A stretch of 64,000 nt of DNA from Rhodospirillales bacterium (GCA_038143065.1 JAYQLI010000035.1:2368894-2432893); one strand, 5' to 3'. Numbered from the stretch's first letter, positions 24,019-37,165 are shown. Notes: generated from the sequence alone by a model not told the origin. Made by a program: numbers and translations.

Positions 24019-24323
24019 TTATTGGACTTGGACATTATCTCGCCGTTGCCGCTGTTTTATTTACTCTTGGCATCTTCGGGATCTTTCTAAATAGAAGAAA
24101 CGTGATCGTTATTCTCATGTCGATCGAATTAATGCTGTTAGCAGTTAATATTAATTTGGTGGCATTTTCTGCTTTCAATGGTGACCTTGCAGGTCAAGCC
24201 TTTGCAGTATTCATTCTCACGGTAGCAGCGGCTGAGGCTGCTATTGGTCTCGCTATTTTAGTTGTGTATTTCCGCAACCGCGGCTCGATTGCGGTTGAAG
24301 ACGTCAATGTGATGAAGGGCTAA
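24015..24323 (+). CDS. nuoK: NADH-quinone oxidoreductase subunit K
   Basis: LMSIELML and [12 protein letters not shown]. Confidence 0.96.
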   Translation: MIIGLGHYLAVAAVLFTLGIFGIFLNRRNVIVILMSIELMLLAVNINLVAFSAFNGDLAGQAFAVFILTVAAAEAAIGLAILVVYFRNRGSIAVEDVNVMKG

Positions 24324-24330
24324 TAAACCT

Positions 24331-26295
24331 ATGAATGCCCTATACATATTAGCAATTTTCTTGCCCCTTATTGGGGCCTTAATTGCTGGCCTAGGAAACA
24401 GAAAGCTTGGTGACCGAGGAGCTCAGCTTGTTACATCCGGCGGCTTAATTCTGGCAGCTTTGATTTCGTGCTTGGCCTTTGTCGAGGTTGCTCTAGGGCA
24501 TAATCCTAGATCGATCGAGCTTTTTAGATGGATTGATAGTGGTAGCTTTGAGGCAGCTTGGTCGCTGCGTTTTGATACCCTCTCAGTGGTGATGATGTGC
24601 GTCGTGACTATCGTGTCAGCATGCGTGCATGTGTATTCCATTGGGTATATGAGTCACGACCATTCCAAGCCGCGGTTCATGGCCTACCTGTCACTGTTTA
24701 CATTTGCCATGTTGATGTTGGTGACGGCGGACAATCTTGTGCAGATGTTCTTCGGTTGGGAAGGGGTCGGTGTTTGCTCCTATCTTTTAATCGGTTTTTG
24801 GTATGACCGACCAAGTGCAAATGCTGCCGCTATGAAGGCTTTTGTGGTAAATCGTGTTGGTGACTTTGGTTTCGCGCTTGGTATTTTTGGCGTGTTTCTC
24901 TTGTTCGATACTGTGGCATTTGATGCAATCTTTGGCGCAGCGGCCCAGTTCACCGATGCCCGCATCCATTTCTTGGGTATGAACATGGATGCACTCGAAG
25001 TCCTGTGTTTCCTCCTTTTCATTGGAGCTATGGGTAAGTCAGCCCAGCTTGGGCTCCATACATGGTTGCCTGATGCTATGGAAGGGCCTACTCCAGTATC
25101 AGCTCTTATCCATGCTGCCACCATGGTTACGGCAGGGGTGTTCATGGTTTGCCGGCTTTCGCCGATTTTTGAGTATGCTCCAAACGTTCTGGCGTTTGTT
25201 ACCATGATTGGAGCTTTCACAGCCTTCTTTGCAGCGGCAGTTGGATTAACTCAATTTGATATTAAGCGGGTTATTGCTTATTCGACTTGCTCCCAGCTCG
25301 GTTACATGTTCTTCGCGGCTGGCTTGTCAGCTTATCCTGCTGCTATGTTCCATCTTACTACTCACGCGTTTTTCAAGGCTCTTTTGTTCCTTGGTGCAGG
25401 CTCAGTCATCCATGCAATGTCTGACGAGCAAGATATGCGCAAAATGGGTGGGATTAAGAGCCATATAAAACAAACATATATATTGATGTGGATTGGCAGT
25501 CTTGCCTTGGCGGGAGTTGGTATTCCTGGGGTGATTGGATTTGCTGGCTTCTACTCTAAAGATATGATTTTGGAGGTTGCTTGGGGCGCTCATTCGGTTC
25601 CAGGATTTATCGCGTTTACCTTCGGTATTTTGGCTGCTCTTATGACAGCATTTTATTCATGGCGTCTGCTTTTCATGACGGTCCACGGCGCTCCGCGGGC
25701 AGATGAAAAAGTGATGGCGCACGTTCATGAGTCGCCGCCTGTTATGTTATGGCCTCTTTATGTTCTTGCTTTTGGGGCTGTGGTATCAGGTTTAGCACTG
25801 TATGGGCCATTTGTGGGGCATCATTTTCAGGAATTCTGGGGTAATTCAATTGTTATATTGCCTGATGCTAAGGGCGAAACGATTATCGATCATGCTCATC
25901 ATGTGCACTTCCTGGTCAAAGCATCTCCTGTAGTGATTACCTTGCTAGGTATTTGGCTGGCATACCGTTTTTATGTTCAAAAACCTCATCTTCCTGGCGA
26001 GACAGTGCACGCTTTCGAGGGTTTGCATAAGTTATTCTACAATAAATGGTTCTTCGACGAGGCCTATGATTTCTTGTTTGTGAGACCTGCACATTGGCTC
26101 GCGCGGACTTTCTGGAAGCGGGGTGATGTTGGTATTATCGACAGGTTTGGTCCGGACGGAATTTCTGCAATGGCGAAGCGTGCTGCGGAGGCGGCAAGTC
26201 GCCTTCAAACAGGCTACGTCTACCACTACGCATTCGCCATGCTGATAGGGGTCGTTGCCCTTGTCGCTTGGCGGATCATGCAACAAGGGGCCTGA
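24331..26295 (+). CDS. nuoL: NADH-quinone oxidoreductase subunit L
   Basis: GWEGVG, NRVGD and GKSAQLGLHTWLPDAMEGPTPVSALIHAATMV. Confidence 0.97.
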   Translation: MNALYILAIFLPLIGALIAGLGNRKLGDRGAQLVTSGGLILAALISCLAFVEVALGHNPRSIELFRWIDSGSFEAAWSLRFDTLSVVMMCVVTIVSACVHVYSIGYMSHDHSKPRFMAYLSLFTFAMLMLVTADNLVQMFFGWEGVGVCSYLLIGFWYDRPSANAAAMKAFVVNRVGDFGFALGIFGVFLLFDTVAFDAIFGAAAQFTDARIHFLGMNMDALEVLCFLLFIGAMGKSAQLGLHTWLPDAMEGPTPVSALIHAATMVTAGVFMVCRLSPIFEYAPNVLAFVTMIGAFTAFFAAAVGLTQFDIKRVIAYSTCSQLGYMFFAAGLSAYPAAMFHLTTHAFFKALLFLGAGSVIHAMSDEQDMRKMGGIKSHIKQTYILMWIGSLALAGVGIPGVIGFAGFYSKDMILEVAWGAHSVPGFIAFTFGILAALMTAFYSWRLLFMTVHGAPRADEKVMAHVHESPPVMLWPLYVLAFGAVVSGLALYGPFVGHHFQEFWGNSIVILPDAKGETIIDHAHHVHFLVKASPVVITLLGIWLAYRFYVQKPHLPGETVHAFEGLHKLFYNKWFFDEAYDFLFVRPAHWLARTFWKRGDVGIIDRFGPDGISAMAKRAAEAASRLQTGYVYHYAFAMLIGVVALVAWRIMQQGA

Positions 26296-26298
26296 TTA

Positions 26299-27818
26299 GT
26301 GTCTGGCGCGCCGCTTTTATCTTTAATTACCTTTGGGCCTCTTGTAGGCGCTCTGTTAATTATGCTCTTTGCCCGAGGCGAAGAAAAAGCCAAAAATGCT
26401 CGTTGGGTAGCATTATGGGCTTCAGGTTTTGTATTCCTTATTTCGCTTGTTGCATGGGTACAGTTTGACCCAAGAGCAGTAGGCTTCCAGTTAACTGAAA
26501 AATATGACTGGTTTCCCGAATATAATATAGCGTTTCAGCTTGGTGTGGACGGTCTGTCCTTTTACTTTGTTCTGCTATCGACGTTCCTTACACCCATTTG
26601 TGTTATTGCTTCTTGGACAAGCGTTAACAAGCGAGTGAGCGAATATATGGCAGCTTTCCTCGCTCTTGAAACCTTTATGATTGGGATGTTTTGTGCGCTC
26701 GACCTTATAGCTTTCTATGTCTTTTTCGAGGGTGTCTTGATCCCGATGTTCCTCATCATAGGGGTCTGGGGTGGGGCGCGTCGCATATACGCGTCTTTCA
26801 AGTTTTTCTTGTATACGTTACTCGGCTCAGTGTTGATGCTAGTCGCTATCGTCGCAATGATTGGGATGATAGGTGGTTCTGGTATTGAAGATGCACAGAA
26901 GTTCTCTTTTCCAACCAGTGTCCAAATTTGGCTTTGGTTAGCGTTTTTCGCTTCATTTTCAGTTAAAATGCCAATGTGGCCAGTACATACATGGCTTCCC
27001 GATGCTCATGTGGAAGCGCCGACTGCAGGATCAGTGATTCTAGCTGGGGTTTTGCTTAAGATGGGAGGCTACGGCTTTTTACGCTTCAGTCTTCCCATGT
27101 TCCCTGAAGCATCTGAATTTTTCACCCCGCTTGTGTACTCACTATCAATAATCGCGATCGTTTATACCTCCTTGGTGGCTCTTGCCCAGGAGGATATGAA
27201 GAAGCTCATTGCTTACTCTTCGGTCGCTCATATGGGTTACGTTACTTTGGGGATCTTCACCAATACCCCCAAGGTGTAGAAGGTGCTGTATTTCAAATGC
27301 TGAGTCATGGGATTGTCTCGGCCGCACTTTTCCTTTGCGTGGGCGTTGTTTACGACCGTATGCATACTCGAGAAATTTCGCGTTACGGCGGACTTGTTCA
27401 TCGCATGCCACGGTATGCTCTTGTCATGATGGTATTTACGATGGCCTCAGTGGGCTTGCCTGGAACCAGTGGGTTTGTCGGGGAGTTCTTGGTTTTAGCC
27501 GGTGCGTTTAAAGACAACACCTGGGTTGCAGCCTTAGCGGCAACAGGGCTGATTTTGGGCGCCGCCTATATGTTAATGCTCTACAGACGGGTGATCTTTG
27601 GTCGGCTGGAACATGAAGACCTAAAGTTGATTAATGATCTGAACTGGCGTGAAGTATTGGTCTTTGCGCCAATGATAATTCTCGTTCTTTGGATGGGTAT
27701 CTATCCAGCTACGTTCCTTGATGGAATCCAGATAGCTGCTTCTGAAACTTTACGCAGTTCCGTGGCTACCGCGTCGTCAATTGGTGACGTTGGTACGTTT
27801 TTCGCCTGGTTACGATAG
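26299..27818 (+). CDS. nuoM: NADH-quinone oxidoreductase subunit M (frameshift in C-run near 27266-27270)
   Basis: [30 protein letters not shown] and, after the shift, MLSHG and [11 protein letters not shown]. Confidence 0.95.
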
Positions 27819-27828
27819 GGGGTTTTGA

Positions 27829-29268
27829 GTGATGTTGGCTATGCCCCTCTTACCTGAAATTTTGTTATCGATTGTCGGAATGTGCCTCCTGTTAATTGGC
27901 GCATTTTCCGGCAACCGTATTGCCAAACCAATGTGCTACATCGTGGCATTGTCACTGGTTGGTTCATTGTTGGTAGGATTTTTAAGTCCTGCAGGAGCCG
28001 CTTTTGGTGGGCTATTTGTTGCGGATAAATTAGCAAGCTTTGCGAAAACCCTGATAGTTATTGGGGCTGTCGCAACGGTCATTATGGCTGCTGGCAGATC
28101 GATATCGGCGGATGGGGTTGGGCCAATGCGCTTTGAGCAGCCGGTGCTAATGCTGTTTGCAACGATTGGTATGATGTTAATGGTCTCTGCCAATGACCTT
28201 ATTTCATTGTACATTGGCTTGGAGCTGCAGAGTTTATCTTTATATGTGCTCGCCGCTATTCGGAGAGATAGCCTGAGAGCCACTGAAGCCGGTCTAAAGT
28301 ACTTCGTTCTAGGAGCTTTATCGTCCGGCATGCTTCTTTATGGGGCTGGTCTTATCTACGGATATACTGGTTCCACTGGGTTTGATTCTATTCAAACTAG
28401 TGTTGCAGAAATGGGGCAGCCGTCTCTTGGATTAGTTGTTGGTATAGTGTTTTTGCTTGCTGGACTTGCCTTTAAGGTGTCGGCAGCGCCATTTCATATG
28501 TGGGTCCCAGATGTGTATGAAGGGGCAGACACTCCGATCACTGCCTTCTTTGCTGCAGCGCCAAAGGCTGCCGCTCTGGCATTGTTTGCCCGAGTGATGG
28601 CCGATCCTCTTGCTGGAGCAGACCAAGCATGGGGCCAAATTGTAGCTGTGATTGCTGGATTGTCGGTTGTTATAGGTGCATTAGGTGCATTGGCTCAGAA
28701 AAATATCAAACGCCTATTGGCTTACAGTTCAATCGGTCATGTCGGCTTTGCATTGATTGGTCTAGCAGCTGCTAGTGAAGCGGGTGTGCGGGGTCTGCTG
28801 ATCTATTCAGCTTTATACCTTTTTATGACACTTGCCGCATTTGCATGCGTTATGGCCATGCGCCGTGGTGGCAGGGCTGTAGAAACCATTGATGATTTAG
28901 CAGGTGCTAGTCGTACTCACCCCTGGATGGCTTTTGGTCTAGCCGCCGTTATGTTTTCTATGGCAGGTATCCCTCCTTTAGCAGGGTTCTTTGGTAAGTT
29001 GTATGTACTTGGCGCAGCAGTGGATTCTGGTTTGTATGTGCTGGCAGTAGTTGGTGTCTTGGCAAGTGTTGTTTCTTGCTTCTATTACATCCGTATTATC
29101 AAGCTGATGTATTTTGATGAGGCAGCCGACGTATTAGATGGTCCGATGCCCAGGGATTTAGGTGTTGTGTTGGCTATTGCGTCCTTGGTGATTTTATTTT
29201 TCATCGTGCTGCCTGGACCAATAGTAACCCAAGCTACTTTAGCCGCTCAGGAACTTCTTCAAAATTGA
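27829..29268 (+). CDS. nuoN: NADH-quinone oxidoreductase subunit N
   Basis: GLELQSL, EAGLKYF, FKVSAAPFHMWVPDVYEG and AGIPPLAGF. Confidence 0.96.
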   Translation: MMLAMPLLPEILLSIVGMCLLLIGAFSGNRIAKPMCYIVALSLVGSLLVGFLSPAGAAFGGLFVADKLASFAKTLIVIGAVATVIMAAGRSISADGVGPMRFEQPVLMLFATIGMMLMVSANDLISLYIGLELQSLSLYVLAAIRRDSLRATEAGLKYFVLGALSSGMLLYGAGLIYGYTGSTGFDSIQTSVAEMGQPSLGLVVGIVFLLAGLAFKVSAAPFHMWVPDVYEGADTPITAFFAAAPKAAALALFARVMADPLAGADQAWGQIVAVIAGLSVVIGALGALAQKNIKRLLAYSSIGHVGFALIGLAAASEAGVRGLLIYSALYLFMTLAAFACVMAMRRGGRAVETIDDLAGASRTHPWMAFGLAAVMFSMAGIPPLAGFFGKLYVLGAAVDSGLYVLAVVGVLASVVSCFYYIRIIKLMYFDEAADVLDGPMPRDLGVVLAIASLVILFFIVLPGPIVTQATLAAQELLQN

Positions 29269-30020
29269 TCGACTTACCGCCCGAATGGCGGCTCGAGCTG
29301 TTTGATACAGTCGATAGTACTAATGCCGAAGCTGCCCGTAGAGCCCGAGGCGGTGCTGCCGCTGGGCTGGCGATAGCCTCTTCTTGTCAGACTGCTGGTC
29401 GCGGGAGAAGTGGCCGGAGTTGGTCAACAGCTGGGTCAGATCTCGCTTTGTCGATCTTACTAAGGCCGTCTATGCCTCCTGGTGAGGCGGCAAAGGTAGC
29501 ATTTGTTGCTGCCCTGGCTGTTTATGATTTTGCTGCGGGAATACTACCAAAATCAGTTCCTCTTACCATCAAGTGGCCCAATGATATTCTGATAGGTGAC
29601 GCAAAACTTAGTGGAATTTTGGCGGAGGCTTCTGGTGGGGTAGGAGGTACTGTTGAATGGCTCATAGTTGGTATAGGTGTGAATTTGAGACCAGCAGAGC
29701 GTCCAGAGGCTAAATATCCAATTGATTTAGTGACAGCAGGAGGAAGGGAACTCGCTCTAGAAGATGCAGCAAAAAACCTTCTTTCGGAGTTTGATAAGTG
29801 GCAGAGACGTTGGGTCCTGGATGGCTTTGGGCCAATACGTGAAGCCTGGAAGACCCGAACACATAACCTTGGGAAAACAGTGATTGCCCGGTTGCCTGCT
29901 GAAACAATAGTGGGTAGAGCGGTTGACTTAGCTGATGACGGTGCTCTCATTCTGGCTTTGCAGGATGGTCAAGAGTGCAGAATCACTGCTGGCGATATAT
30001 TTCCAATTGACACGGAGTGA
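29265..30020 (+). CDS. birA: Biotin--[acetyl-CoA carboxylase] ligase (no HTH domain)
   Basis: DSTN, QTAGRGR, KWPND and KLSGIL. Usual position after nuoN. Confidence 0.93.
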   Translation: MIDLPPEWRLELFDTVDSTNAEAARRARGGAAAGLAIASSCQTAGRGRSGRSWSTAGSDLALSILLRPSMPPGEAAKVAFVAALAVYDFAAGILPKSVPLTIKWPNDILIGDAKLSGILAEASGGVGGTVEWLIVGIGVNLRPAERPEAKYPIDLVTAGGRELALEDAAKNLLSEFDKWQRRWVLDGFGPIREAWKTRTHNLGKTVIARLPAETIVGRAVDLADDGALILALQDGQECRITAGDIFPIDTE

Positions 30021-30027
30021 GTGATCC

Positions 30028-30801
30028 ATGCTCCTAGCTATCGATGCGGGTAACACCAATACCGTTTTTGCCGTTTATGACGGTGACGAACAACGTGGCC
30101 TTTGGCGAGCTGCAACTGACACTCGAAGGACCGCGGACGAGCATTTTGTCTGGCTAGCGCAGTTGATGGCACTAGAGAATGTTTCGAAAAATGATATTTC
30201 CGCAGCAATTATCTCTACGGTGGTACCGGCGTCACTATTTAATCTCACCCGCCTATGCCAAAGATATTTTGATACTGAGGCATTAGTGGTTGGAGATCCG
30301 AACGTTGACCTTGGCATAAATGTTGAGCTGGAAAACCCTGCAGAGGTGGGTGCCGATAGATTGGTTAACGCAGTAGCGGCTAAATCTGCTTATGAAGGCC
30401 CTTTAATCCTGATTGATTTTGGCACTGCAACGACCTTTGATTTGATTGATAAAGATGGAAATTATCAAGGTGGAATCATAGCACCAGGCGCAAACCTCTC
30501 AATGGAAGCATTGCATATGGCTGCAGCAAAACTTCCATTGGTAGCTGTTCGCCAACCCGCGGAGGTTGTTGGGCGAAATACTGTACAGGCCATGCAGTCG
30601 GGAATCTTTTGGGGCTACGTCGGGCTAATTGAGGGGCTAGTCAGTCGTATTCGAAGTGAGGTTGCCGACCCAGAACTTCGAGCCATTGCGACAGGTGGTC
30701 TTGCGCCGCTTTTTAATGGAGCCACAGATGCTATCTATGACGTAGACCGAGATCTTACCCTACGGGGGCTCCTTGAAATTTATGAACGGAATGCAAAGTG
30801 A
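30028..30801 (+). CDS. coaX: Type III pantothenate kinase
   Basis: IDAGNTN, VGADR, DFGTATT and TGG. Confidence 0.95.
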   Translation: MLLAIDAGNTNTVFAVYDGDEQRGLWRAATDTRRTADEHFVWLAQLMALENVSKNDISAAIISTVVPASLFNLTRLCQRYFDTEALVVGDPNVDLGINVELENPAEVGADRLVNAVAAKSAYEGPLILIDFGTATTFDLIDKDGNYQGGIIAPGANLSMEALHMAAAKLPLVAVRQPAEVVGRNTVQAMQSGIFWGYVGLIEGLVSRIRSEVADPELRAIATGGLAPLFNGATDAIYDVDRDLTLRGLLEIYERNAK

Positions 30802-32480
30802 CCACAGAAAATATTGATCTTCCAACCCCTGGGAGCGACGAAGTTTTGTTCGTGGCTCTTGGTGGCTTAGGCGAAATAGGTATGAATCTTGCGTTGTATG
30901 GTCACGACGACGCATGGGTTGCAGTAGATATGGGCGTTACTTTTGGTGATGAGGATACTCCAGGAGTTGACGTTATCGTACCTGATATCAGTGTAATTGA
31001 CGGACTTGGTGATAAGCTAAAAGGCGTCATAATTACTCACGCGCATGAAGATCATATCGGCGGAATACCGTACCTGGCAGGGCGCTTCAAATGCCCAGTG
31101 TTTTGTTCACCATTTGCAGCTGCTTTCCTCCGAAGAAAATTAGAGGACGATGGTGGAAGGCGCGCGAAGAGAGTGAAAATTGTTGAAATTCCATCAGGGG
31201 GTCGGCGTGGCGTTGGTCCTTTTGATGTAGAACTGATTCCTATGCCTCATTCCATCCCAGAGGCACACTTGACAGCTCTCCGATCGCAGAAAGGGTTAGT
31301 TGTACATACCGGTGATTGGAAATTAGATCCTGATCCGGTCATTGGCCACCCAGTTGACGAACGAAGATTAGCCAATCTGGGGAAAGAGGGGGTTTTGGCC
31401 CTTGTTTGCGATTCAACGAACGCTCTTAGGGAAGGTTGGACTGGAAGCGAAGGGGAGCTAACATCTTCTCTAACGGAAATCGTTGCATCCTCTGACAGAA
31501 GAGTTCTGTTTGCTTGTTTTTCATCTAACGTTGCTAGGTTAAGAACAATTGCCCTCGCTGCGCAGGCAGCTGGGCGAGAGATTGGACTCGTAGGCCGTTC
31601 TCTCTGGCGAATGCATGATGTGGCTGGAGGCCTTGGTTATCTCAAAGGCTTGCCTACATTTTTGCGCGAAGATGAATTGGGTCGCCTGCCGCCTAATAGG
31701 ATGGTTGCCATTTGCACTGGAAGCCAAGGTGAGCCTAGAGCCGCTCTGCACCGTATCGTTGACGGGCAGCATCGACATATAGAAGTTGATCCTGCAGATA
31801 AGGTCATATTTTCGTCTCGTGATATTCCTGGAAATGAAAAAGCTATCGGACGTTTGCAGAATCGTTTGGTTGCAATGGGAGTGGATGTGAGCACTGATGG
31901 AACTGCAAAGGTTCATGTCTCCGGTCACCCAGCAAGAGATGAACTTAGACACCTATACAGTTTATTAAAGCCAGCACGACTCCTTCCTGCGCATGGCGAA
32001 GGGCGCCATCTCGATGGCCAGGCAAAATTTGCTCTTGAGTGTGGTATTCCAGAGGCAAAAGTTGCCTTTAATGGCGATGTTATGTGTTTGGCTGGAGGCG
32101 ACTTCGAGCAACGTGGTGAAGTTAAGGTCGGGCGAGTTGGAATAGATGGAGATGCGCGTGTCAGTTTGACTGGCAATGGCATTAAAGAGCGCCGGAGGAT
32201 GCGGTTAGAAGGAGTGGCACTCATCACTATTGCATTAGAAGCCCAAGGAGAACTCTTGGCTGACAGCATGGTAACGCTAGCTGGTCTTGATGTGAGTGAT
32301 AACGCTGAAATTCTGGATGATATCGAAGAAGCAATAGACGAGGCTGTTGAGGATCTTGCTATGAAAGCTCGCCGCGATGACGCCGTTGTCGAAAATGCTG
32401 CTCGTTCTGCGCTGCGTAAGGCGTTGCGAAAGCACACAGGTAAGCGTCCACAAATCAATGTTCACATTGTGAGAATTTAG
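30798..32480 (+). CDS. rnj: Ribonuclease J
   Basis: [30 protein letters not shown] and HVSGH. Confidence 0.95.
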   Translation: MTTENIDLPTPGSDEVLFVALGGLGEIGMNLALYGHDDAWVAVDMGVTFGDEDTPGVDVIVPDISVIDGLGDKLKGVIITHAHEDHIGGIPYLAGRFKCPVFCSPFAAAFLRRKLEDDGGRRAKRVKIVEIPSGGRRGVGPFDVELIPMPHSIPEAHLTALRSQKGLVVHTGDWKLDPDPVIGHPVDERRLANLGKEGVLALVCDSTNALREGWTGSEGELTSSLTEIVASSDRRVLFACFSSNVARLRTIALAAQAAGREIGLVGRSLWRMHDVAGGLGYLKGLPTFLREDELGRLPPNRMVAICTGSQGEPRAALHRIVDGQHRHIEVDPADKVIFSSRDIPGNEKAIGRLQNRLVAMGVDVSTDGTAKVHVSGHPARDELRHLYSLLKPARLLPAHGEGRHLDGQAKFALECGIPEAKVAFNGDVMCLAGGDFEQRGEVKVGRVGIDGDARVSLTGNGIKERRRMRLEGVALITIALEAQGELLADSMVTLAGLDVSDNAEILDDIEEAIDEAVEDLAMKARRDDAVVENAARSALRKALRKHTGKRPQINVHIVRI

Positions 32481-33088
32481 TTTTTTCTAATTAAATTCTT
32501 CAGTCCTTCAGCTATCTCTTCGGGCGATGTGTTTGTTCTAAAATGTCTAACATATTTACCTGCTGTATCCATTACGTAGGTATAAGCACTATGAGATACT
32601 AGGTAGTTATCGTCTGTATTGTTATCCTGCTTGGCATAGTAAACTCTGAATGATCGTGCAGCCTCACGAATTTGTTCTGCTGAGCCTGTAAGCCCAAGTA
32701 TGTTCGGGTGAAAAGCTGCCGCGTATTCACCAACTACTTTTTGGGTGTCACGTTGTGGATCAACTGTGACAAACAGCACCTGTACATTTTTGAGCTTCTC
32801 TTTCTTCAAAATATCAAGTGCATCAGCAATATTAGCTAGGTCAACTGGACAGACATCTGGGCAGAAAGTGAAGCCAAAGTAGACGAGACTAATTTTACCG
32901 AGGAGTACTTTTTCTGAAACTGTGACCCCCTCTCCATTTACAAGGGTGAAGGGACCTCCAACCGTTGGTTGACCAATGAGACCGCCAGTCTCACTCGGGC
33001 CTTCATCAATTACTTTGACAGCCACAATAGCTATGCTGACAGCAATCAGCATCAGTAATCCAGATATTCCATAAATTAACCAGCGCAT
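32477..33088 (-). CDS. SCO1/SenC copper chaperone
   Basis: N-terminal TM segment, GFTFCPDVCP (CxxxC), VDPQRD and a conserved His (VSHS). Confidence 0.93.
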   Translation of the reverse strand: MRWLIYGISGLLMLIAVSIAIVAVKVIDEGPSETGGLIGQPTVGGPFTLVNGEGVTVSEKVLLGKISLVYFGFTFCPDVCPVDLANIADALDILKKEKLKNVQVLFVTVDPQRDTQKVVGEYAAAFHPNILGLTGSAEQIREAARSFRVYYAKQDNNTDDNYLVSHSAYTYVMDTAGKYVRHFRTNTSPEEIAEGLKNLIRKN

Positions 33089-33091
33089 GGT

Positions 33092-34119
33092 TTATCGATG
33101 CCTTTGGGTGGTGGCGGCTTGTGCAACGTCATAACATGCTTTCCAGAGTGCAAGATTAGCATCCGAACCCGTTTGTTTTACCTCTATTTCTGCCCTCAAC
33201 ATTCGATCTATTGCTAGTGAAAGACGTTGTCGAGACCAAATTCGTGCTTGCTCCTGAAATGCTGTTTTGCGTTTAAAAAAGATTGGGGGCGGATACTGGC
33301 GAGAGCAGGTTCGAGCCCAGAAGTTTCGGCTTTGGCTACTACTGCACGGAGTTTGGTTAAATGCCCTATCATGGAACGAATTACAGTGATTGGTTGTGTG
33401 TTCGCTGCCGTTAATCGGTCTAGTGCCCGATGGCTACTTGTAATGTCACCGGCTGCAGTCGCGTAAACTAAATCATCCACACTGGTTGAGCCAGCATCAC
33501 CAATAGCGTCGACTGCATCTTCTAGATCAAGCTTTCCAATTTTACCGATATAGAGCAGGAGTTTTTCAATTTCGGAGCGTGTTGATGCTCTGTCCGCACC
33601 CAGACGATTAATAACATAGGAACGCGCATCTGGAGTTAATGATATGTTTTCTTGTTTTAGTGTTTGGTCCAGCAGAACAGCTAAAGTGCGACCTTCATCC
33701 GCATAACATGGAATGGCAGCGCCAGTCTTTGATGCTTCAAACATCTTTACCATTGCGGAGTCTCGGCGAAGTGGACCAGCCTCTGCTATGATCAATCCAT
33801 CGCCTGAGGGTTCTTGTATTGTTTCTGAAATCAGTCGTGCGTGGTCCCCGGTAATTCCCCGAAGTCTAATCAAACGCCTTCCCCCACCGAAAGGCATGGC
33901 AGCTTGTTCATCTGATAGACGAGATGGGTCTGCTGTTAAATTTGATACGTCTAACGTTGTGACGCGAAAGGGATCATTTAGATCATCGACAACAGTCTCT
34001 GCGAGTTTTTTAGCAAGTTCCCGGACTTGGCCTGCGTCTTCTCCATAAATCAGGCAGCTACACAGTTCCTGAGGAGGCATTGAGAGAAACCGTTCTATGT
34101 CGCGAGGTGCTACCTTCAT
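33092..34119 (-). CDS. holA: DNA polymerase III delta subunit (frameshift in the G-run near 33285-33289)
   Basis: LIYGEDAG, FGGGRRL and SEIEKL. The corrected frame continues RPPIFFKRK...RAEIEVKQTG to TAA at 33092-33094. Follows leuS-lptE. Confidence 0.88.
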
Positions 34120-34125
34120 GGATGA

Positions 34126-34614
34126 TTAGTTGCCCCCAAGCTTTGCGGTAACTTCAACACTAATCATGTTGGCTAGCCTTCTGGCAGATCGTTCTCTAGC
34201 TGCGCGTTCTGCCGTTAAGTTGGAAAAATCAGAGGCAAAGACATTGAAGGTTTCAAATACACTTACTGTTCCACGTAATGGCTTTTCTTTATCTTCGGCG
34301 GCTAAGCGGAACAGGTGCCAGGATGCGGTTATTGTCATTCTTTGTCTTGTTACGTCGCCAGCTGAGTCTATGGCCACTACATTCATCTTTTCCGAGAGTT
34401 TGACCTCCAAACGGTGGGTTGTTGATCCTTTGAAGATAAAGGATCGTCGGAGTGCTGCTCGCAGCACCTGTCCTTCGTGCTCGAGAATTGGCATCACTTC
34501 TATGGCATGTTCGCTGTGTTTTTTGTCTTCACCCTGCCCATAAAGGGGTTCAAAGCCACAGGCAGATAGCGCAGCAGCTAGCAACGCTATCCCTATTAAT
34601 CTATGCAACCACAT
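34126..34614 (-). CDS. lptE: LPS assembly lipoprotein LptE
   Basis: Lipobox [10 protein letters not shown]. Located between leuS and holA. Confidence 0.82.
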   Translation of the reverse strand: MWLHRLIGIALLAAALSACGFEPLYGQGEDKKHSEHAIEVMPILEHEGQVLRAALRRSFIFKGSTTHRLEVKLSEKMNVVAIDSAGDVTRQRMTITASWHLFRLAAEDKEKPLRGTVSVFETFNVFASDFSNLTAERAARERSARRLANMISVEVTAKLGGN

Positions 34615-37165
34615 TTACTATACGATTTGGTACTACGATGACTTTTCGGGGAGATTTCCCACCAAGATTTCTAACTATGTTGGGCTCCGATAATGCCATT
34701 GTTTCTAATTCTTCTTTGGGTAAATCACGCGCTACTTCAATAGATGCACGAAGTTTTCCATTTACCTGAATTGCGATGGTTACGCTATCATCAACTAGGA
34801 GAGAGGCATCTGCCTTTGGCCAGGGGGCGTCTGCTAGAAGAGTTTCGTGACCAAGTTTAGACCACATCTCTTCGGCTATATGGGGGGTGATTGGCCCAAC
34901 AAGCCGGACAAGTGCTTCAACCCCTTCTCTATATGTATTGGCAATATCTGCGCTATCACCTTTAGCATCTACCAGAGCATTGGTCAGCTCGCGTATCCGA
35001 GCAACAGCACGGTTGAAGTGGAATTTTTCCAGATCTTCCGTAACCCCGTCGATTGTCTTATGGGTTTGGCGACGAAGATCATTTGCTAATTCACCGTAGT
35101 TTGAAGACGCGTCGCATTTATCTAGCTTAACTGGAGGGGCGTCTATTAGACGCCAGAGCCGGTTTATATATCGCCAAGCACCTTCAACACCTGCTTCAGT
35201 CCACTCTAAATCTCTATCAGGCGGGCTATCGGACATCATAAAAAGACGTGCAGTGTCTGCGCCATAAGTCGAAAGTATAGCCTCAGGGTCGACTACATTT
35301 TTCTTTGACTTTGACATTTTCTCGGATCGGCCAACTACAACTTTGTCGCCGTTTTTTAATTCAACAGCTGTGTCACCGTCCTTTTCAATGTCATCAGGCG
35401 TTAGCCAACGACCATCTGTGGATCGGTAAGTTTCGTGGCAGACCATGCCTTGAGTGAATAGGCCAGAAAAGGGTTCTCCAGACTCTAGTTTGACGAAGCC
35501 ACAATCCCTCAATGCTCGCATAAAGAAGCGAGAATAGAGGAGGTGTAGGACAGCATGCTCAACACCGCCAACATATTGATCAACCGGCATCCAATACTCA
35601 TGTGCGGTTTCGTCAAAGGCGCTGTTGGAATTCTTAGGAGAGGTGAACCGGGAAAAATACCACGAACTTTCAAAGAATGTATCAAAGGTATCGGTTTCGC
35701 GGGTGGCGGGCTTTTTGCAGCTTGGGCAGTCAACATGTTTCCAGGTTGGATGACGTTCTAAAGGATTGCCTGGCTGATCAAAGGTTACGTCTTCAGGTAA
35801 GATTACTGGTAATTGATCGTCAGGTACTGGAACTGTTCCACAATTCACACAATGGATCATGGGAACTGGGCATCCCCAATATCTCTGGCGTGAAACGCCC
35901 CAATCTCTCAGGCGATACACGGTTGAGGAAAAACCGGAGCCTCGAGCTTCAAGGTGTTTTGCAACAGAAGCTTTTGCAGTTTCTATATCCATGCCATCGA
36001 GAAAGCCTGAGTTATAGATTTTCCCTGGTCCGGTGTAGGCCTCATTTTCTATGGAAAAGGTTTCAGCATTTTCACCAGGAGGCAGGACTACTGGCAATAC
36101 TGGGAGGTTGTATTTTCTCGCGAAGTCTAAGTCTCGTTGATCATGAGCAGGACAGCCAAAAATGGCACCAGATCCATATTCCATGAGAACAAAGTTGGCT
36201 ATGAAAACTGGAATTTCGAGATCAGGAATGATTGGATGCTTGGCCTTCAGGCCAGTGTCGTAGCCTTGTTTTTCAGCCTTTTCTATTGCTGCTTCTGAAG
36301 TGCCGAGGCGTCGGCATTCTTCTATAAAATTTGTGGCTTTATGATCGGTTGCTGCTATTTCTGCAGCTAGGGGATGATCAGGAGAAATTGCACAGAAGGA
36401 AGCGCCGTAGAGAGTATCTGGTCTAGTAGTGAAAACCTCTAATTTTTCTTCCCGATTGATAAGACTGAAAAATACACGTGCTCCTGTCGATCGACCTATC
36501 CAATTTTCTTGCATTAGTCGAACACGGTCTGGCCATCGGTCCAAAGATCCAATAGCTTCTAGAAGATCATCGGCGTAGGCGGTGATTTTCAGAAACCACT
36601 GAGCTAATTTGCGACGCTCAACTGTTGCTCCCGACCTCCAGCCTTTACCATCAATCACCTGTTCATTAGCTAAAACAGTATTTTCAACGGGATCCCAATT
36701 CACCCAACTTTCGCGTTTGTAAGCTAGGCCATGTTTAGCAAATGCAATGAACATGCGTTGTTCATGTTCATAGTATTCAGGGTCGCATGTTGCGAACTCT
36801 CGATCCCAATCATAGGCCAGCCCCATGCTCTTGAGTTGGCTGCGCATGGTTGCAATATTCTCATAGGTCCACTTCGCGGGATGAACCTTGGCATCGAATG
36901 CAGCATTCTCGGCGGGTAGCCCAAACGCATCCCATCCCATAGGATGAAGCACATTATAACCTTGGGCGCGTTTATAACGCGCTACAACATCACCTAATGT
37001 AAAGTTCCGGACATGACCCATGTGAATTCGACCAGATGGGTATGGAAACATTTCAAGCACGTAGTACTTGGGTCGAGACGGGTCTACTTCGCTTTTGAAG
37101 ACTCCCTGCGTTTCCCAAACTTCACGCCATTTAGGCTCGGTTTCGGCGACATTATAACGCGCCAT
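34601..37165 (-). CDS. leuS: Leucine--tRNA ligase
   Basis: MFPYPSG, HMGH, the editing-domain motif TTRPDT and KMSKS. Confidence 0.98.
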   Translation of the reverse strand: MARYNVAETEPKWREVWETQGVFKSEVDPSRPKYYVLEMFPYPSGRIHMGHVRNFTLGDVVARYKRAQGYNVLHPMGWDAFGLPAENAAFDAKVHPAKWTYENIATMRSQLKSMGLAYDWDREFATCDPEYYEHEQRMFIAFAKHGLAYKRESWVNWDPVENTVLANEQVIDGKGWRSGATVERRKLAQWFLKITAYADDLLEAIGSLDRWPDRVRLMQENWIGRSTGARVFFSLINREEKLEVFTTRPDTLYGASFCAISPDHPLAAEIAATDHKATNFIEECRRLGTSEAAIEKAEKQGYDTGLKAKHPIIPDLEIPVFIANFVLMEYGSGAIFGCPAHDQRDLDFARKYNLPVLPVVLPPGENAETFSIENEAYTGPGKIYNSGFLDGMDIETAKASVAKHLEARGSGFSSTVYRLRDWGVSRQRYWGCPVPMIHCVNCGTVPVPDDQLPVILPEDVTFDQPGNPLERHPTWKHVDCPSCKKPATRETDTFDTFFESSWYFSRFTSPKNSNSAFDETAHEYWMPVDQYVGGVEHAVLHLLYSRFFMRALRDCGFVKLESGEPFSGLFTQGMVCHETYRSTDGRWLTPDDIEKDGDTAVELKNGDKVVVGRSEKMSKSKKNVVDPEAILSTYGADTARLFMMSDSPPDRDLEWTEAGVEGAWRYINRLWRLIDAPPVKLDKCDASSNYGELANDLRRQTHKTIDGVTEDLEKFHFNRAVARIRELTNALVDAKGDSADIANTYREGVEALVRLVGPITPHIAEEMWSKLGHETLLADAPWPKADASLLVDDSVTIAIQVNGKLRASIEVARDLPKEELETMALSEPNIVRNLGGKSPRKVIVVPNRIVNVVA